Assembly: GCF_051710625.1 (NCBI RefSeq)
Contig: NZ_JBPESN010000001.1
Span: 2,946 to 66,945, forward strand
Source of the DNA: Sodalis sp. (in: enterobacteria)
GTDB taxonomy: Bacteria > Pseudomonadota > Gammaproteobacteria > Enterobacterales > Enterobacteriaceae
Reading direction: 5' to 3'
DNA: 64,000 nt
Part shown: piece by piece, positions 22,608-33,684 of the stretch
Position numbering within the stretch: the stretch's first letter is position 1
Layout of the letters: each line of letters begins with the position of its first letter
Made by a program: the position numbers and the translations under genes
The notes under the pieces: model-generated
The model's database searches: none
Told to the model about the DNA's origin: nothing
What the model saw: the letters and a program-made list of their open reading frames with translations, nothing else

Positions 22608-22922
22608 TTACGCTATCACTCCATTTTGCCGTCCTCAATAGTCCGGCGCATTTCAGCCTCGCTTGCGCTCGAAAAAAGTGTCAATGTGAGATAACGATCA
22701 TATTCCTGAACGCAAAGCGATGCCTGGCCCATCCCCGCAGGTGGGTCAAAAGCAAGGGGGAGGCCGGACGTGATGCTCGGCTGCTTGGCTCTAGGCGGGG
22801 GGAATGCTCTGCGGGAATTGCGATCGGAACGGTGCCAAAGGAGCGGAAATTAGCGTATAGTTTTCATCTAAATAGAATAACTCAGTTGAGCTTATGCAAT
22901 AGAATCTGCCAAAAAAAGCGTC

Positions 22923-23546
22923 GTGAAAAAGCGTCCGCGCGATCCGGTACAGACCAAAGCGCTGATCCTGGCGGCGGCGATGGATGAATTCGCGCGCCTA
23001 GAGTTGGGCGGCGCGCGCATTGATGGTATTGCGGCAAAGGCGGGCGTAAACAAACGCTTGATTTATGGGTATTTCAATAGCAAAGATGACCTTTTTCAGG
23101 CCGTGCTGGAGGATATTTATGCCGATGTGCGCACCGCTGAAGCGGCGCTGGGGCTGGATGAATTAGATCCGGTTGAGGCTATTTGCGCCCTGATGCGCTT
23201 CACCTGGAATTATTATCTGAAGCGTCCGGAATTCATGTCGCTGGTCAATAGCGAAAATCTGCATAAAGCGGTGCACGTTAAGCGATCTTCACGTTTTGCG
23301 CTGCTGCATGTAAATTTTGTCGATAGAATTAAACGTATCCTCGATCGCGGCGTAGCGGCCGGCGTTTTCCGCGCGGGCGTCGACCCGAGGCATCTTTATA
23401 TTACGATAACGTCAGTCGGCTATCATTATCTCAACAATCGCTATACTCTTGAAGTCATCTATGGTCAGAACTTTGTTTCCGCCGACGCTCTCGAAGCGCG
23501 TTTCGCGTTTAATGTCGATATCATCCTTCGTCTGCTCAAACCCTGA
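22923..23546 (+). CDS. TetR-family transcriptional regulator
   Basis: 207 aa with the N-terminal TetR HTH (ILAAAMDEFARLELGGARIDGIAAKAGVNKRLIYGYFNSKDDLF). GTG start. Looks intact. Confidence 0.85.
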   Translation: MKKRPRDPVQTKALILAAAMDEFARLELGGARIDGIAAKAGVNKRLIYGYFNSKDDLFQAVLEDIYADVRTAEAALGLDELDPVEAICALMRFTWNYYLKRPEFMSLVNSENLHKAVHVKRSSRFALLHVNFVDRIKRILDRGVAAGVFRAGVDPRHLYITITSVGYHYLNNRYTLEVIYGQNFVSADALEARFAFNVDIILRLLKP

Positions 23547-23833
23547 AGCCGGGTGGGCTAAAAACGCCGGGTAGAGACGCGCCGGCGACGCCACGAATTG
23601 TGCTTACGGCATGATTCCTGTTACGCATATTATTATCACTAATTGAATAATTATTATTTACCTTTATGTTATGCGCGCGCGTGATGTCGCCGGCCGCGAC
23701 GGTCTGTCAACGGATACCCGACAGACGATGCCCGCCGCCCTGACGTCGCGCGCCGGACTACCGCCATCGTCATGATACATCACGTACATTTTGCCAGGAC
23801 GCGCCCGCTGCGCCCGCGAACCAGATAGAGCCT

Positions 23834-24525
23834 ATGCCTAACGCAAACCCACCAACACACGCTCATTTCAGCCGGCGCGGACTTAGCTTTGCCGTGCCCG
23901 GGTGAACGCTGCTGCATCCGCTGGATTTTACTTTCCCCCCCGGCCAGGTCTGTGGTTTGATTGGCCACAATGGCTCAGGAAAATCAACGCTGCTAAAAAT
24001 TCTTGGCCACCATCAACCGGCGAGCGGCGGCGAAGCGCGGCTTAATGATCGGCCGCTGGCGGAATAGGAGAATAAAGCCTTCGCCCGTCAAGTGGCCTAT
24101 CTGCCGCAGCAATTGCTTGCTGCGGAGGGTATGACAGTGCGGGAGCTGGTGGCGCTGGGGCGCTACCCGTGGCATGGGGCGCTTGGCCGTTTCAGCATCG
24201 CCGATCGCGAGCATGTGCACGAGGCTATCGAACTGGTGAGGCTCGAGGGCCTCGCCGATAGGCTGGTGGACAGTTTGTCCGGCGGCGAGCGGCAGCGGGG
24301 CTGGCTGGCGATGACAATGGCGCAGGACAGCCGCTGCCCGCTGCTCGATGAACCGACGTCGGCACTGGATATTGCCCATCAGGTTGAGGAGCTGGCGCTG
24401 ATTCAGCGGCTAAGCCGCCAGCATGGTCTGACGGTAATTGCCGTGTTGCATGATATCCAATATGGCAGCACGCTACCGCGACCATCTGACGGTGTTGCGC
24501 GGCGGTCGGCTTATCGCCGAGGGGG
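23834..24525 (+). pseudogene. fhuC: Ferric hydroxamate ABC transporter ATPase, with premature stops and 3' deletion
   Basis: Colinear with E. coli FhuC (LLHPL..TFP.G.V.GLIGHNGSGKSTLLK, AYLPQQL..AEGMTVRELVA.GRYPWHGALGRF, LSGGERQR, LLDEPTSALDIAHQV). There are stops after FAVPG and after RPLAE. Confidence 0.8.
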
Positions 24526-25500
24526 GGGCCGCCTTCGGCGCATTACTGTTGTGGCTTACCGACCAGTCGGTGGTGTGGCTGGGTGCGGTACTGGTTCTGG
24601 TGGGCGTCGGGCTGTCGCTGACTCTGGGTCGCAATGCCGAAAGCTGGCATTGGGCCCACGGCGAAGAGATGCTGCGTCTGTTGCCCTGGCGCTGGCCGCG
24701 CACGCTGGCAGCGCAGAGCGCCGGGGTAATGCTGGCCACCGCGGGTACCCTAATCCAAAAGCTGACCGCCAATCCCATGGGCAGCCCTGGAGTGCTGGGC
24801 ATCAGCGCCGGCGCTTCCGGCGCGGTCATTCTCGTTATGCTGTTGATCCCGGGCGATGCGTTTGCCTGGCAATTGCCGGCAAGCAGCCTCGGCGCCGCGC
24901 TGACGCTGGGGGCGATAATCCTGGTGTCCGGGCGCCGTCACTTCTCACCGCAGCGCATGTTGCTGGCGGGTATCGCCATCGGTACCGCGTTTACCACGCT
25001 GATAACGCTGCTGCTGCTAAGCGGCGACCCGCGCCTGGGCGACCTGCTGTCGTGGATATCCGGCTCGACCTACGGTATCGGCCCCCAACAAGCCGTTTTC
25101 AGCGCGGTGACCGCATTCTGCCTGCTGCTGGTGCCGCTGTGCCGACGCTACCTGACGCTGTTGCCGATGGGCAGCGCCCTGTCGCTGGGAGTACCGCTGG
25201 TGAGGGTGCGGCTGTCGATTTTGTTATTGGCGGCCGTTATGACCGCCGGCGCCACACTAACGGTGGGGCCGCTGAGCTTTATCGGGCTGATGGCCCCGCA
25301 TATGGCGCGCATGCTGGGCTTCCACAAACCACTGGCGCAGGGGCTGATGGCCTCGGCGATAGAGGGGGGGCATCTTGATGATGTTCGCCGACTGGTACGG
25401 TCGTATGGTGATGTTTCCGAACCAAATTCCCGCCGGCTTGCTGGCGACCTTTATCGGCACGCCTTATTTTATCTGGCGGCAGCGTCGCCGGACAAAACGG
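24526..25500 (+). pseudogene. fhuB: C-terminal half of the ferric hydroxamate permease, fused to fhuC'; fhuD and the 5' half of fhuB are deleted
   Basis: LLPWRWPR..AA..AG.MLA.AG..IQ.LT.NPM.SP.VLGIS.GA matches the second FecCD repeat of FhuB. The tail (FADWYGRMVMFPNQIPAGLLATFIGTPYFIW) is in another frame. Confidence 0.75.
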
Positions 25501-25721
25501 GCGACGCGGTACGCTGTTCGGCTACTGCCGTCAGGCGGGGCCGGGAGCAAATTACGTAAGCCGGGGCTGTGTGGCATAGGGGCTACTTCGGGAAAAGCCG
25601 CGCAAGCCGGACATGCACTGTCGAGTAATCGCCATCGGGCAACACCGCGCCTGTCGGACCTGTGCGGCTCAGGGGGTGCCGTCGGGCATACTGCGCAAAC
25701 ACAAGTCTGGCGACAGACGGG

Positions 25722-27002
25722 TCACAGCTGGGCAAAACTCTGTGCTGCGGCCTCCACGGTGTGACGAATCTCGGCGTCGCCGTGCGCCAGGGAGATGAAG
25801 CTGGCTTCAAACGCCGACGGCGCCAGATAAATCCCCGCCGCCAGCATTAGATGGAAGAACCGTTTAAAACGATCCACGTCACACGCCTGGACGTCCTGGA
25901 AGCAGGTCACCGTCGGCGACTCGGTAAAGAACAGGCCGAACATACCACCGACGCGGTTGACCACCAGCGGCACGCCCGCGGCTTCCGCTGCCGCCAGCAG
26001 TCCCTGCGCCAGACGTTCGGTCTGCTGCGTTAGCTGCTGATGTACACCCGGCCGGGCGACCTCGCGCAGGCAGGCGTAGCCCGCCGCCATGGCGACCGGG
26101 TTGCCCGACAGGGTTCCTGCCTGATAGACCGGCCCCGTCGGCGCCAGCGCCGCCATCACCTCACGACGGCCGCCGAAGGCGCCCACCGGCATGCCGCCGC
26201 CAATGATCTTGCCCAGGCAGGTCAAATCCGGCTTTACATCATAATAAGCCTGAGCACCGTCCAGCGCGACGCGAAAACCGGTCATCACCTCATCAATAAT
26301 CAACAGCGCACCGAACTCGTCGCACAGCGCGCGCAGTCCGGGCAAAAATTCCGGCAGCGGCGGGACGCAGTTCATATTTCCTGCCACCGGTTCAACGATG
26401 ACGCAGGCGATCCCGCGCGGGTACAGCGTAAACGCCTCGCGTACCGACTGCAGATCGTTATAGCTGCAGGTGAGAGTATACTTGGCATAATCCGCCGGGA
26501 CGCCGGGAGAGCTGGGCTGCCCCAGAGTGAGCGCCCCCGATCCGGCCTTGACCAGCAGTCCGTCCGCATGGCCGTGATAGCAGCCTTCAAATTTGATTAC
26601 CCTGTCGCGGCCAGTATAGCCGCGCGCCAGCCGGATGGCGGTCATGGTGGCTTCGGTGCCGGAGTTGACCATGCGCACACTCTCGATAGAGGGCACCAAC
26701 TCGGTCACTAGCCGCGCCATTTTCACCTCGATTTCCGTGGGCGCGCCAAAACTCAGACCGCGCTGCACGGCGTCCAGCACCGCCTGGCGAACCGCCGGAT
26801 GATTATGGCCCAGCACCATAGGGCCCCAAGAGCCGACATAGTCGATATAGCTGTTACCGTCGGCGTCGGTCAAACGGGCGCCGTCGGCGCTGGCGATAAA
26901 CAGCGGCGTACCGCCAACGCCATTGAATGCACGCACCGGTGAATTGACCCCGCCGGGGATCAGCTGCTGCGCCTCGGCGTACAAACTTGCGGAATAACTC
27001 AT
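25722..27002 (-). CDS. hemL: Glutamate-1-semialdehyde 2,1-aminomutase
   Basis: 426 aa, colinear with E. coli HemL throughout. AGGAG lies 7 nt before the ATG at 27002. Confidence 0.95.
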   Translation of the reverse strand: MSYSASLYAEAQQLIPGGVNSPVRAFNGVGGTPLFIASADGARLTDADGNSYIDYVGSWGPMVLGHNHPAVRQAVLDAVQRGLSFGAPTEIEVKMARLVTELVPSIESVRMVNSGTEATMTAIRLARGYTGRDRVIKFEGCYHGHADGLLVKAGSGALTLGQPSSPGVPADYAKYTLTCSYNDLQSVREAFTLYPRGIACVIVEPVAGNMNCVPPLPEFLPGLRALCDEFGALLIIDEVMTGFRVALDGAQAYYDVKPDLTCLGKIIGGGMPVGAFGGRREVMAALAPTGPVYQAGTLSGNPVAMAAGYACLREVARPGVHQQLTQQTERLAQGLLAAAEAAGVPLVVNRVGGMFGLFFTESPTVTCFQDVQACDVDRFKRFFHLMLAAGIYLAPSAFEASFISLAHGDAEIRHTVEAAAQSFAQL

Positions 27003-27167
27003 CAATCAACTCCTGAATGGCAAAATTAACCTGACCCCTGTAGTGTAATCAACTGGCGGCTATTGTGAAATCACCGCGTCGATGCGCATCCGCGCCGCCA
27101 GGGGCAACGGCGGCATGACCGCGCCTGGCATTTAACATCAAAGGGCAGTGTTAAACTAACGAGTGTT

Positions 27168-27940
27168 ATGAATAAATCCAATCCTTCTTAATACGTCGGT
27201 GCCGCAGGAGCGGCAGGCGCGCCGACATATGGTCCGCCGGCTGCTTTACCGCGATAAAACGCCGGTGCTTGTCTTGTAATGGCCGCGTTGGTAGGGCACG
27301 CTGGGGGGGCTGGTAGGCGTGTTTTTCGAGAAAGCGGTCAATGGCGTGCAGGCATTGCGTCTCGCTGCGCTGGCGTTATTGCCGCAAGCATGCCTGGCTG
27401 CTGATGCCGGCGGCGTCCTAGTACTGGTCGGTTCGTTTGCCGCCGGCGGTGGTTTCAGCCTGATGCCGCTGTCCGCAGCCGGACACTATACCTTCGGCAT
27501 GCTGATATTCATCTTTCTCGCGCGCATGCTTACCACGCTCTTGTGTTTTTGTTCAGGCGCGCTAGGAGGCATTTTCGCGCCGATGCTGGCGTTAGGCACC
27601 CTGCTGGGTACGGCTTTCGGCGTGGGTGCCATGATGTTATTTCCCCAGAACGGCTTGCAGGCGGGCACCTTTGCCACCGCCGGTATGGGCGCGTTGTTCG
27701 CCTCCTCGGTCAGGGCACCCCCGACCGGTATTGTGCTGGTGCTGGAGATAACCGATCTATCAACTTATCCTGCCAATGACTATCACCTGTCTGGGCGCGA
27801 CGCTGGTGGCGCAGTTCCTGGGGGGCAAGCCACTTTATTCCTCCCTGTTAGCGCACACCTTGCAGCGTCTGGGGCAGGAAAAGGATGCCCGGCAAGCGCA
27901 CGTTGCAGCAAACGCGATTTCCCCGATACGCAATACTTGA
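27168..27940 (+). pseudogene. clcA: H+/Cl- exchange transporter, with frameshifts and an internal deletion of roughly 230 codons
   Basis: The N-part (RRLLYRDKTPVLVL...[10 protein letters not shown]) is frameshifted and joined to [13 protein letters not shown]...[27 protein letters not shown]...[21 protein letters not shown]. Confidence 0.8.
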
Positions 27941-28022
27941 ACGTAAATGATGCCTAACGGATAATAGCCCTAGCGATCGGGTTGACGTGCCTTCAGCCCG
28001 ACGATGGCCCGGGAGTAGAATT

Positions 28023-28367
28023 ATGAGTGCAACGGCAGCTTTGCCATTACAGTTTACCGATTCAGCGGCAAGCAAGGTCAAAAACCTTATCGCAGACGAA
28101 GAGAATCCGAATCTGAAATTGCGGGTTTACATCACCGGCGGCGGCTGCAGCGGCTTCCAGTATGCCTTCACCTTTGATGATAAAGTCAACGAAGACGACT
28201 TTACCATCGAGAAACAGGGTGTCGCGCTGGTTGTGGACCCCATGAGCCTGCAATACCTGGTGGGCGGGTCCGTTGACTACAGCGAAGGGCTGGAAGGATC
28301 GCGCTTTATCGTCACCAACCCTACTGCCAAGACCACCTGCGGCTGCGGGTCGTCGTTTAGCATCTGA
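28023..28367 (+). CDS. erpA: Iron-sulfur cluster insertion protein (A-type carrier)
   Basis: 114 aa, with an estimated ~85% of residues matching E. coli ErpA, ending [10 protein letters not shown]. Confidence 0.95.
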   Translation: MSATAALPLQFTDSAASKVKNLIADEENPNLKLRVYITGGGCSGFQYAFTFDDKVNEDDFTIEKQGVALVVDPMSLQYLVGGSVDYSEGLEGSRFIVTNPTAKTTCGCGSSFSI

Positions 28368-28426
28368 CGCGCCGCGCGCCAAGCCGGCATGACATCGAGA
28401 CTGGGACTCGGCGCGTGCTGATTTTT

Positions 28427-28966
28427 TTATGCCCTCGATAGGGCCCTATGCCTGTATCCGCCGGCGATACAGGCGGCGGCGTGAACCTCGGTGCGCCGGG
28501 TAAGCGGAATTTCCCGCGCCAGCACATCCCGCAGCATACCGCCTCCCACGCCGGTAATGACCCCCATACACACCGCGATAAGCGGCACCGTGCCGCTGGC
28601 GAACGCTTTATTGACGCCGATACCGACAAATACCGCCAGCCTGATAGCATCCAGCAGCGGCAGGATCCATTTCGGCAGATGGCGCGGCTGGCCGATGACA
28701 AGCAAGGTGACGAAGCAGGTGATGATCGCCACCACCAAATCGGTGGGATCGCATACCCAGAATACGGGGCCGTTAGCCAGCGCCATATCGCGGATGGCGC
28801 CGCCAGTGACCGCGGTCACCACGCCAAAGAAATCCATACGCAATTTGCCGGCCAGCAGAACACCGGAAATGGCGAATAGCGCGGTACCGAGAATATCCAG
28901 CCACCAGTACGGCGCCAGGGTACCTTTGCCGGGAGGGCAGCGCGGATTGGCGCCAGTTGCGTACAA
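28427..28966 (-). pseudogene. yadS: UPF0126 (YadS) membrane protein, probably defective
   Basis: Colinear with YadS from YWWLDILGTALFAISGVLLAGKLRMD. It has a 5-aa deletion in TM2, loses similarity after ...AACIAGG (about residue 165 of 207), and has no clear start codon. Confidence 0.55.
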
Positions 28967-29606
28967 AGCTGCTGCGCCGCCAGCAGGATGCGCCGCCCCG
29001 GACGGGCAAAACTGTTCTCATTGGGGGCAAACACCGGCGCCGTCAACTGCGGCCGCCAAAAGCCGCCAATCTGCCAGGCGGTGGTGGTGTCCCCCGGCAC
29101 GATAATCACCTGCGGATGCCGGAGCAGCACCTGCTCGCGGCTGACCTGCAGCCAGGGAACGCGGCTGTCGGCAAAAATATTGCGCACGCCGCAAAACGCG
29201 AGGATCTGGTTTTGCAGCGTGGCGGCGCCGGCGGTAAACAGCGGCCGGCTGCCGAGTCTGTTCCGGATCCGGACTATAGGCGGCCAAGGTGTTCAGCGCG
29301 CCGGCCATCCCGTCGATGCTTTGCGGATCCAGGGTCGCCACCGGAATCCCGAAGGCGGCCAACGTCTCTAACGCGCGCTGCGGATTGCCGACACGCCACC
29401 CCAGCACCAGATCCGGTTTTAGGCGCCAGTATGCGCTCGATATTGTCGCCCTGCCACGAGGCGACCCGCTCAAGATGTCGCGCCGCGGGAGGATAATCCG
29501 ACCAGGCGCTGGCGGCCACCAGCGCCGCCCCCCATGCCGGCGGCGTAAGCCAGTTCCGTGGCGTGGGGCGCGAGGTTGACCACTCGTTGCGCCGCGCGTC
29601 GGTAAC
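28935..29606 (-). pseudogene. btuF: Vitamin B12 periplasmic binding protein, signal peptide lost and multiply frameshifted
   Basis: NIFADSRVPWLQVSREQVL..HPQ and RPGRRILLAAQQLC match the BtuF C-terminus. Upstream parts are spread over other frames. Confidence 0.7.
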
Positions 29607-29610
29607 GCAT

Positions 29611-30311
29611 TTACCGCTGGCCGGCCAGGGCTTGCACCATTTCCTCCACCAGGCGGAGGAGCTTTGCGCCGCCACGGTGAGGAATTCTTCAAAGCTCAGA
29701 TGGGATGCTTGATCCGCGACATCGGAAATCGCGCGCCCCACAAGGAAGGGGACGGCGAACTGATGGCACACATGAGCGATGGCCGTCGCCTCCATTTCCA
29801 CGGAGATCGCCTGCGGGAAGGTCTGGCGGATACGGGCCAGGCCGTCGGCGCCGTTAACAAAGGCATCGCCGCTGACCACCAGACCGCATACCGCATGCAT
29901 ACCCAGACGATCGACGATCTCCTCCGCCAGCGCTACCAGTGACGGGGCGGCATTGAACGACGTCGGACACTGCGCCATCTAGCTGGGTTCATAGCCGAAA
30001 GCGGTCACATCGACATCGTGATAGCGCACTTCATGTGACACCACGATATCGCCGACCTTCAACGACGGCGCCAAACCGCCGGCAAAACCGGTATTGATAA
30101 CCAGCTCCGGTTTAAAATGATCCAGCAATAGTGTGCTGCCCAGCGCGGCGGAAACCTTGCCGATGCCGGATTTCACCAACGCGACTTCAACACCGTGTAG
30201 CTGACCCGTATAAATTTCACACCCTGCCTGCTACCACAGGGTAGAATGGTCTATGCGATCGCGCAGCAGCGCGACTTCCTGTTCCATTGCGCCGATAATG
30301 CCAATTTTCAT
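29611..30311 (-). pseudogene. mtnN: 5'-methylthioadenosine/S-adenosylhomocysteine nucleosidase, with two in-frame TAG stops and a C-terminal frameshift
   Basis: [20 protein letters not shown]..., TAG at 30231-30233 and TAG at 29979-29981 (at the Q position of the E. coli protein). Otherwise colinear with Mtn/Pfs. Confidence 0.85.
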
Positions 30312-30399
30312 AAAAAGTGTCCCCATTAAAAAAATGCGGACTGAAATGTTGAAGGGCGTTTATAGGCTGCATTCTAGCATGCCTGGCACGGGGCAAAAG

Positions 30400-31914
30400 A
30401 TGTCCGAGATCGACTTCAGTCATAAAATCAGTTTTCAACGGCCCTATAGTCCGGCGATCAGCGCCCAGGATGATTATGCCATTATTCGCCAGTTTGAAAG
30501 CGACCGCGGGCGAATCATCAATTCCGCCGCTATACGCCGGCTTCAGCAAAAAACCCAGGTTTTTCCGCTGGAGCGCAATGCCGCGGTGCGTTCGCGCCTG
30601 ACGCATTCGCTGGAAGTACAGCAGGTGGGGCGCCATATCGTGAAAGAGATATTTCATCATCTTAAAAACGACGGGCGCATTGGCGCACTGGGATTATCGC
30701 AACTGGAAGCTCCCTGCGAGAGTATGGTCGAAATGGCCTGCCTGATGCACGATATCGGCAATCCGCCGTTCGGCCATTTCGGCGAAGCAGCGATCAATGA
30801 CTGGTTTCGCCGCCGGCTGGATATCGCCGGTCTGGAACAGGACGCGCTCGGCAATGACCGCTGTCAGGTAGGCAGCCTGCGCCTGCGCACCGGCGACGAA
30901 GACAACAATGCGCTGCGCAGCCGTATCCGCCTCGACCTGTGCCATTTTGAAGGCAACGCCCAGGCCATCCGTATGGTCCATAGCCTGCTGAAGCTTAATT
31001 TGACCTATGCGCAGGTCGGCTGCATTCTCAAATACACCCGGCCGGCCTACTGGCATGGGCCGGCCCCGGCGCCCTTCAGCTATTTGATGAAGAAGCCCGG
31101 CTTTTATCTGGCAGAAGAGGAGTATGTCCAGACGCTGCGCCGCGAATTATCCCTGGGTGAATTCCACCGCTTTCCGCTGACGTATATCATGGAAGCCGCC
31201 GATGATATTTCGTATTGCATTGCCGACCTGGAAGACGCGGTGGAGAAAAAAATCTTTACCGTGGAACAATTGTACCTATTCTTGCAAAAAGAATGGGGCA
31301 GCGTCGTTAAAGGCGATCTGTTCGATAAAGTCATCGGCCAGGCGTTTAATAAAATAAGACGTTATCAAGGGCTGCGCAGCGGCGACCAGTTTTTTATGTA
31401 TTTACGGGTCAATACCGTGGCGCGACTCGTGCCCCACGCGGCGCTGCGTTTTCTGGATAATCTGGCGCCTATTTACGACGGCCGTTTCAATCAGGCGCTG
31501 CTGGAGGACTCAAGTCCGGCATTTCGGTTGTTAAAGATATTTAAAAGTATTGCTTTCAAGCATGTGTTCAATCACCCGGAAGTAGAGCAGCTGGAACTGC
31601 AGGGTTACCGTGTGATAAGCGGCCTGCTGGAAATTTATAATCCCCTGCTCGAGATGTCTCAGGCGGATTTCCAGCGGCTGGTGACAGAGGACTACCATCC
31701 CGCGCATCCCATCGCTAGCCTGCTGTATCATAAACTGTCCGCCAAGCATCGTCTGACTTATGGCGAAGCCATGGAAACGGTCAACCGCCATCCCGCCGGC
31801 CAGCAATCCATGATGGAATTTTATTATCGCGCCCGTTTGATTCAGGATTATATTAGCGGAATGACCGATCTTTATGCCTGGGATGAATATCGTCGGTTGA
31901 TGGCCGCCGAGTAG
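30400..31914 (+). CDS. dgt: Deoxyguanosinetriphosphate triphosphohydrolase
   Basis: 504 aa, colinear with E. coli Dgt ([44 protein letters not shown], ending [20 protein letters not shown]). Confidence 0.9.
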   Translation: MSEIDFSHKISFQRPYSPAISAQDDYAIIRQFESDRGRIINSAAIRRLQQKTQVFPLERNAAVRSRLTHSLEVQQVGRHIVKEIFHHLKNDGRIGALGLSQLEAPCESMVEMACLMHDIGNPPFGHFGEAAINDWFRRRLDIAGLEQDALGNDRCQVGSLRLRTGDEDNNALRSRIRLDLCHFEGNAQAIRMVHSLLKLNLTYAQVGCILKYTRPAYWHGPAPAPFSYLMKKPGFYLAEEEYVQTLRRELSLGEFHRFPLTYIMEAADDISYCIADLEDAVEKKIFTVEQLYLFLQKEWGSVVKGDLFDKVIGQAFNKIRRYQGLRSGDQFFMYLRVNTVARLVPHAALRFLDNLAPIYDGRFNQALLEDSSPAFRLLKIFKSIAFKHVFNHPEVEQLELQGYRVISGLLEIYNPLLEMSQADFQRLVTEDYHPAHPIASLLYHKLSAKHRLTYGEAMETVNRHPAGQQSMMEFYYRARLIQDYISGMTDLYAWDEYRRLMAAE

Positions 31915-32067
31915 CGGCGGTAACGGTGGTCACTTGTAAAGCGGATCAATATTTATTTACCTTTGCCGTTTTCTTTGCGCTGAACTACAGGTTATTTCAT
32001 TACTCTCATGGAGAAATGCAACACATTCTGCATCATGGCCCCTTAATTTTAGTCGAGACAATCACAG

Positions 32068-33476
32068 ATGAAAAAATCCACGTTGGCCCTGACGGCGCTT
32101 GCTCTGAATTTGGGCAGGGCGCTGAGTCTTGTCTCTGTCTTTGTGGCAGAAACCGCCTCGACCAATCAGCAGTTACCCAGCCTGGCGCCGATGCTGGAAA
32201 AGGTCATGCCCTCAGTGGTGAGTATCAGCGTCGAGAGCAGCACGCCGGTCACGTCGCGGCAAATGCCCGATCAGTCAAAACAATTCTTCGGCCAAAACTC
32301 GCTTTTGTGCCAGGGCGGCAGCGATGAGAGAAGCGATGACGGAGGGGAGGGCTGCAGCGCGCCGGCCCAGGAAAAATTCCAGGCGCTGGGTGCCGGGTCA
32401 TTATCGATGCCGCGAAAGGCTATGTGGTGAGCAACAATCATGTGGTCAATGACGCTTCCAAAATACAGGTACAGCTTAACGATGGTCGCAAATTCGACGC
32501 CAAGCTTATCGGTAAGGATCCGCGTTCTGATATTGCACTGGTGCAACTGATCGATTTTAAAAATCTGACCGCTATCAAAATGGCGGACTCCGATCAGCTG
32601 CGCGTTGGGGATTATACCGTGGCCATCGGCAATCCCTACGGCCTGGGGGAAACGGCAACGTCTGGGATTGTGTCGGCGCTGGGACGCAGCGGACTGAATA
32701 TTGAAAATTATGAAAACTTTATTCAGATCAATGCCGCAATTAACCGCGGCAATTCCGGCGGCGCGCTGGTTAATCTTAACGGCGAGCTTATCGGCATTAA
32801 CACTACCATTTTGCCGCCGGACGGCGGCAAAATCAGTATCGGCTTTGCCATACCGAGCAATATGGTGAAAAATCTGACCAAACAGATTCTTGAATTCGGC
32901 CAGGTTAAACGCGGCGAAACCGGCATCCTCGGCACCGAGTTAACGCCAGAGCTGGCCAAAGCGATGAAAATCGACGCCCGGCGCAGCGAGTTCGTCAGTC
33001 AGGTGATGCCGAAATCCGCTGCGGAGAAAGCCGCCGTCAAGGCGGGAGATGTCATCGTGACCATGAACGGCAAGGCGCTGAACAGCTTCGCCTCGTTCCG
33101 GGCAGATATTAGCTCGCAGCCGGTGGGCACCAAAATGACCCTTGGCCTGCTGCGTGACGGTAAACCGGTGACGGTCGATATTACCCTTGAGCAAAGTACG
33201 CAGTCTCAGGTCGACTCCGGAATGATTTTTACCGGTATTGAGGGAGCGGAGCTCAGTAATACCGAGCTTGACGGTCAGAAAAACGTGCGGGTCGATAACG
33301 TGACAGCCGGCAGCACCGCCGAGCGGGTCGGGCTGGAGAAAGGGGATGTCATTTTGGGTGTGAATCAGCAGCCGGTGGAAAATATCGGTGAGCTGCGCAA
33401 AATCCTCGACACCAAATTTAACGTACTGGCGCTGAAGATTCGCTTCGGCGATACCTCGCTGTATTTATTGGCGTAA
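32068..33476 (+). pseudogene. degP: Periplasmic serine endoprotease DegP/HtrA, with one frameshift and the catalytic Asp replaced
   Basis: Signal peptide and N-part in 32068-32430, remainder in 32424-33476. The shift is near 32395 (ALGAG|VIIDAAKGYVVSNNHVV). QTDAAINRGNSGG reads QINAAINRGNSGG (AAT at 32730-32732). Confidence 0.85.
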
Positions 33477-33522
33477 TAGATCGCTGTCAATACATCGCTG
33501 TCAATACATCGCTGCTTTAATT

Positions 33523-33557
33523 AAAACCGGACGGCGCGCTGGCCGTCCGGTTTTTTT
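33523..33557 (+). terminator. Rho-independent terminator downstream of degP
   Basis: AAAA-CCGGACGGC-GCGCTG-GCCGTCCGG-TTTTTTT: a 9-bp GC-rich stem followed by T7. Confidence 0.75.
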
Positions 33558-33684
33558 CCGTCAAAAAACATGATGTTAACCACAACTTGCATGCGCCGCC
33601 GCTGACTTTGTGCATCTGCACAATGTTTGATGGCGTCACGTTGAGTATGCTGCAAGGATTGTGCAATCAGCGGTGAGGACGGCG

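Noticed and set aside
24092-25378. A 428-aa ORF, the longest plus-strand ORF in this area.
   Set aside because: Only its first ~110 residues follow the FhuC frame. The rest is Arg/Gly/Ala-rich run-on through the FhuB region in the wrong frame, as is common in GC-rich DNA. The FhuB-like frame is ORF 24438-25559.
33480-33514. A 14-bp tandem repeat (ATCGCTGTCAATAC, about 2.5 copies) just after the degP stop codon.
   Set aside because: It is real but short, lies between a stop codon and a terminator, and has no obvious function. It is most simply a small slippage duplication.
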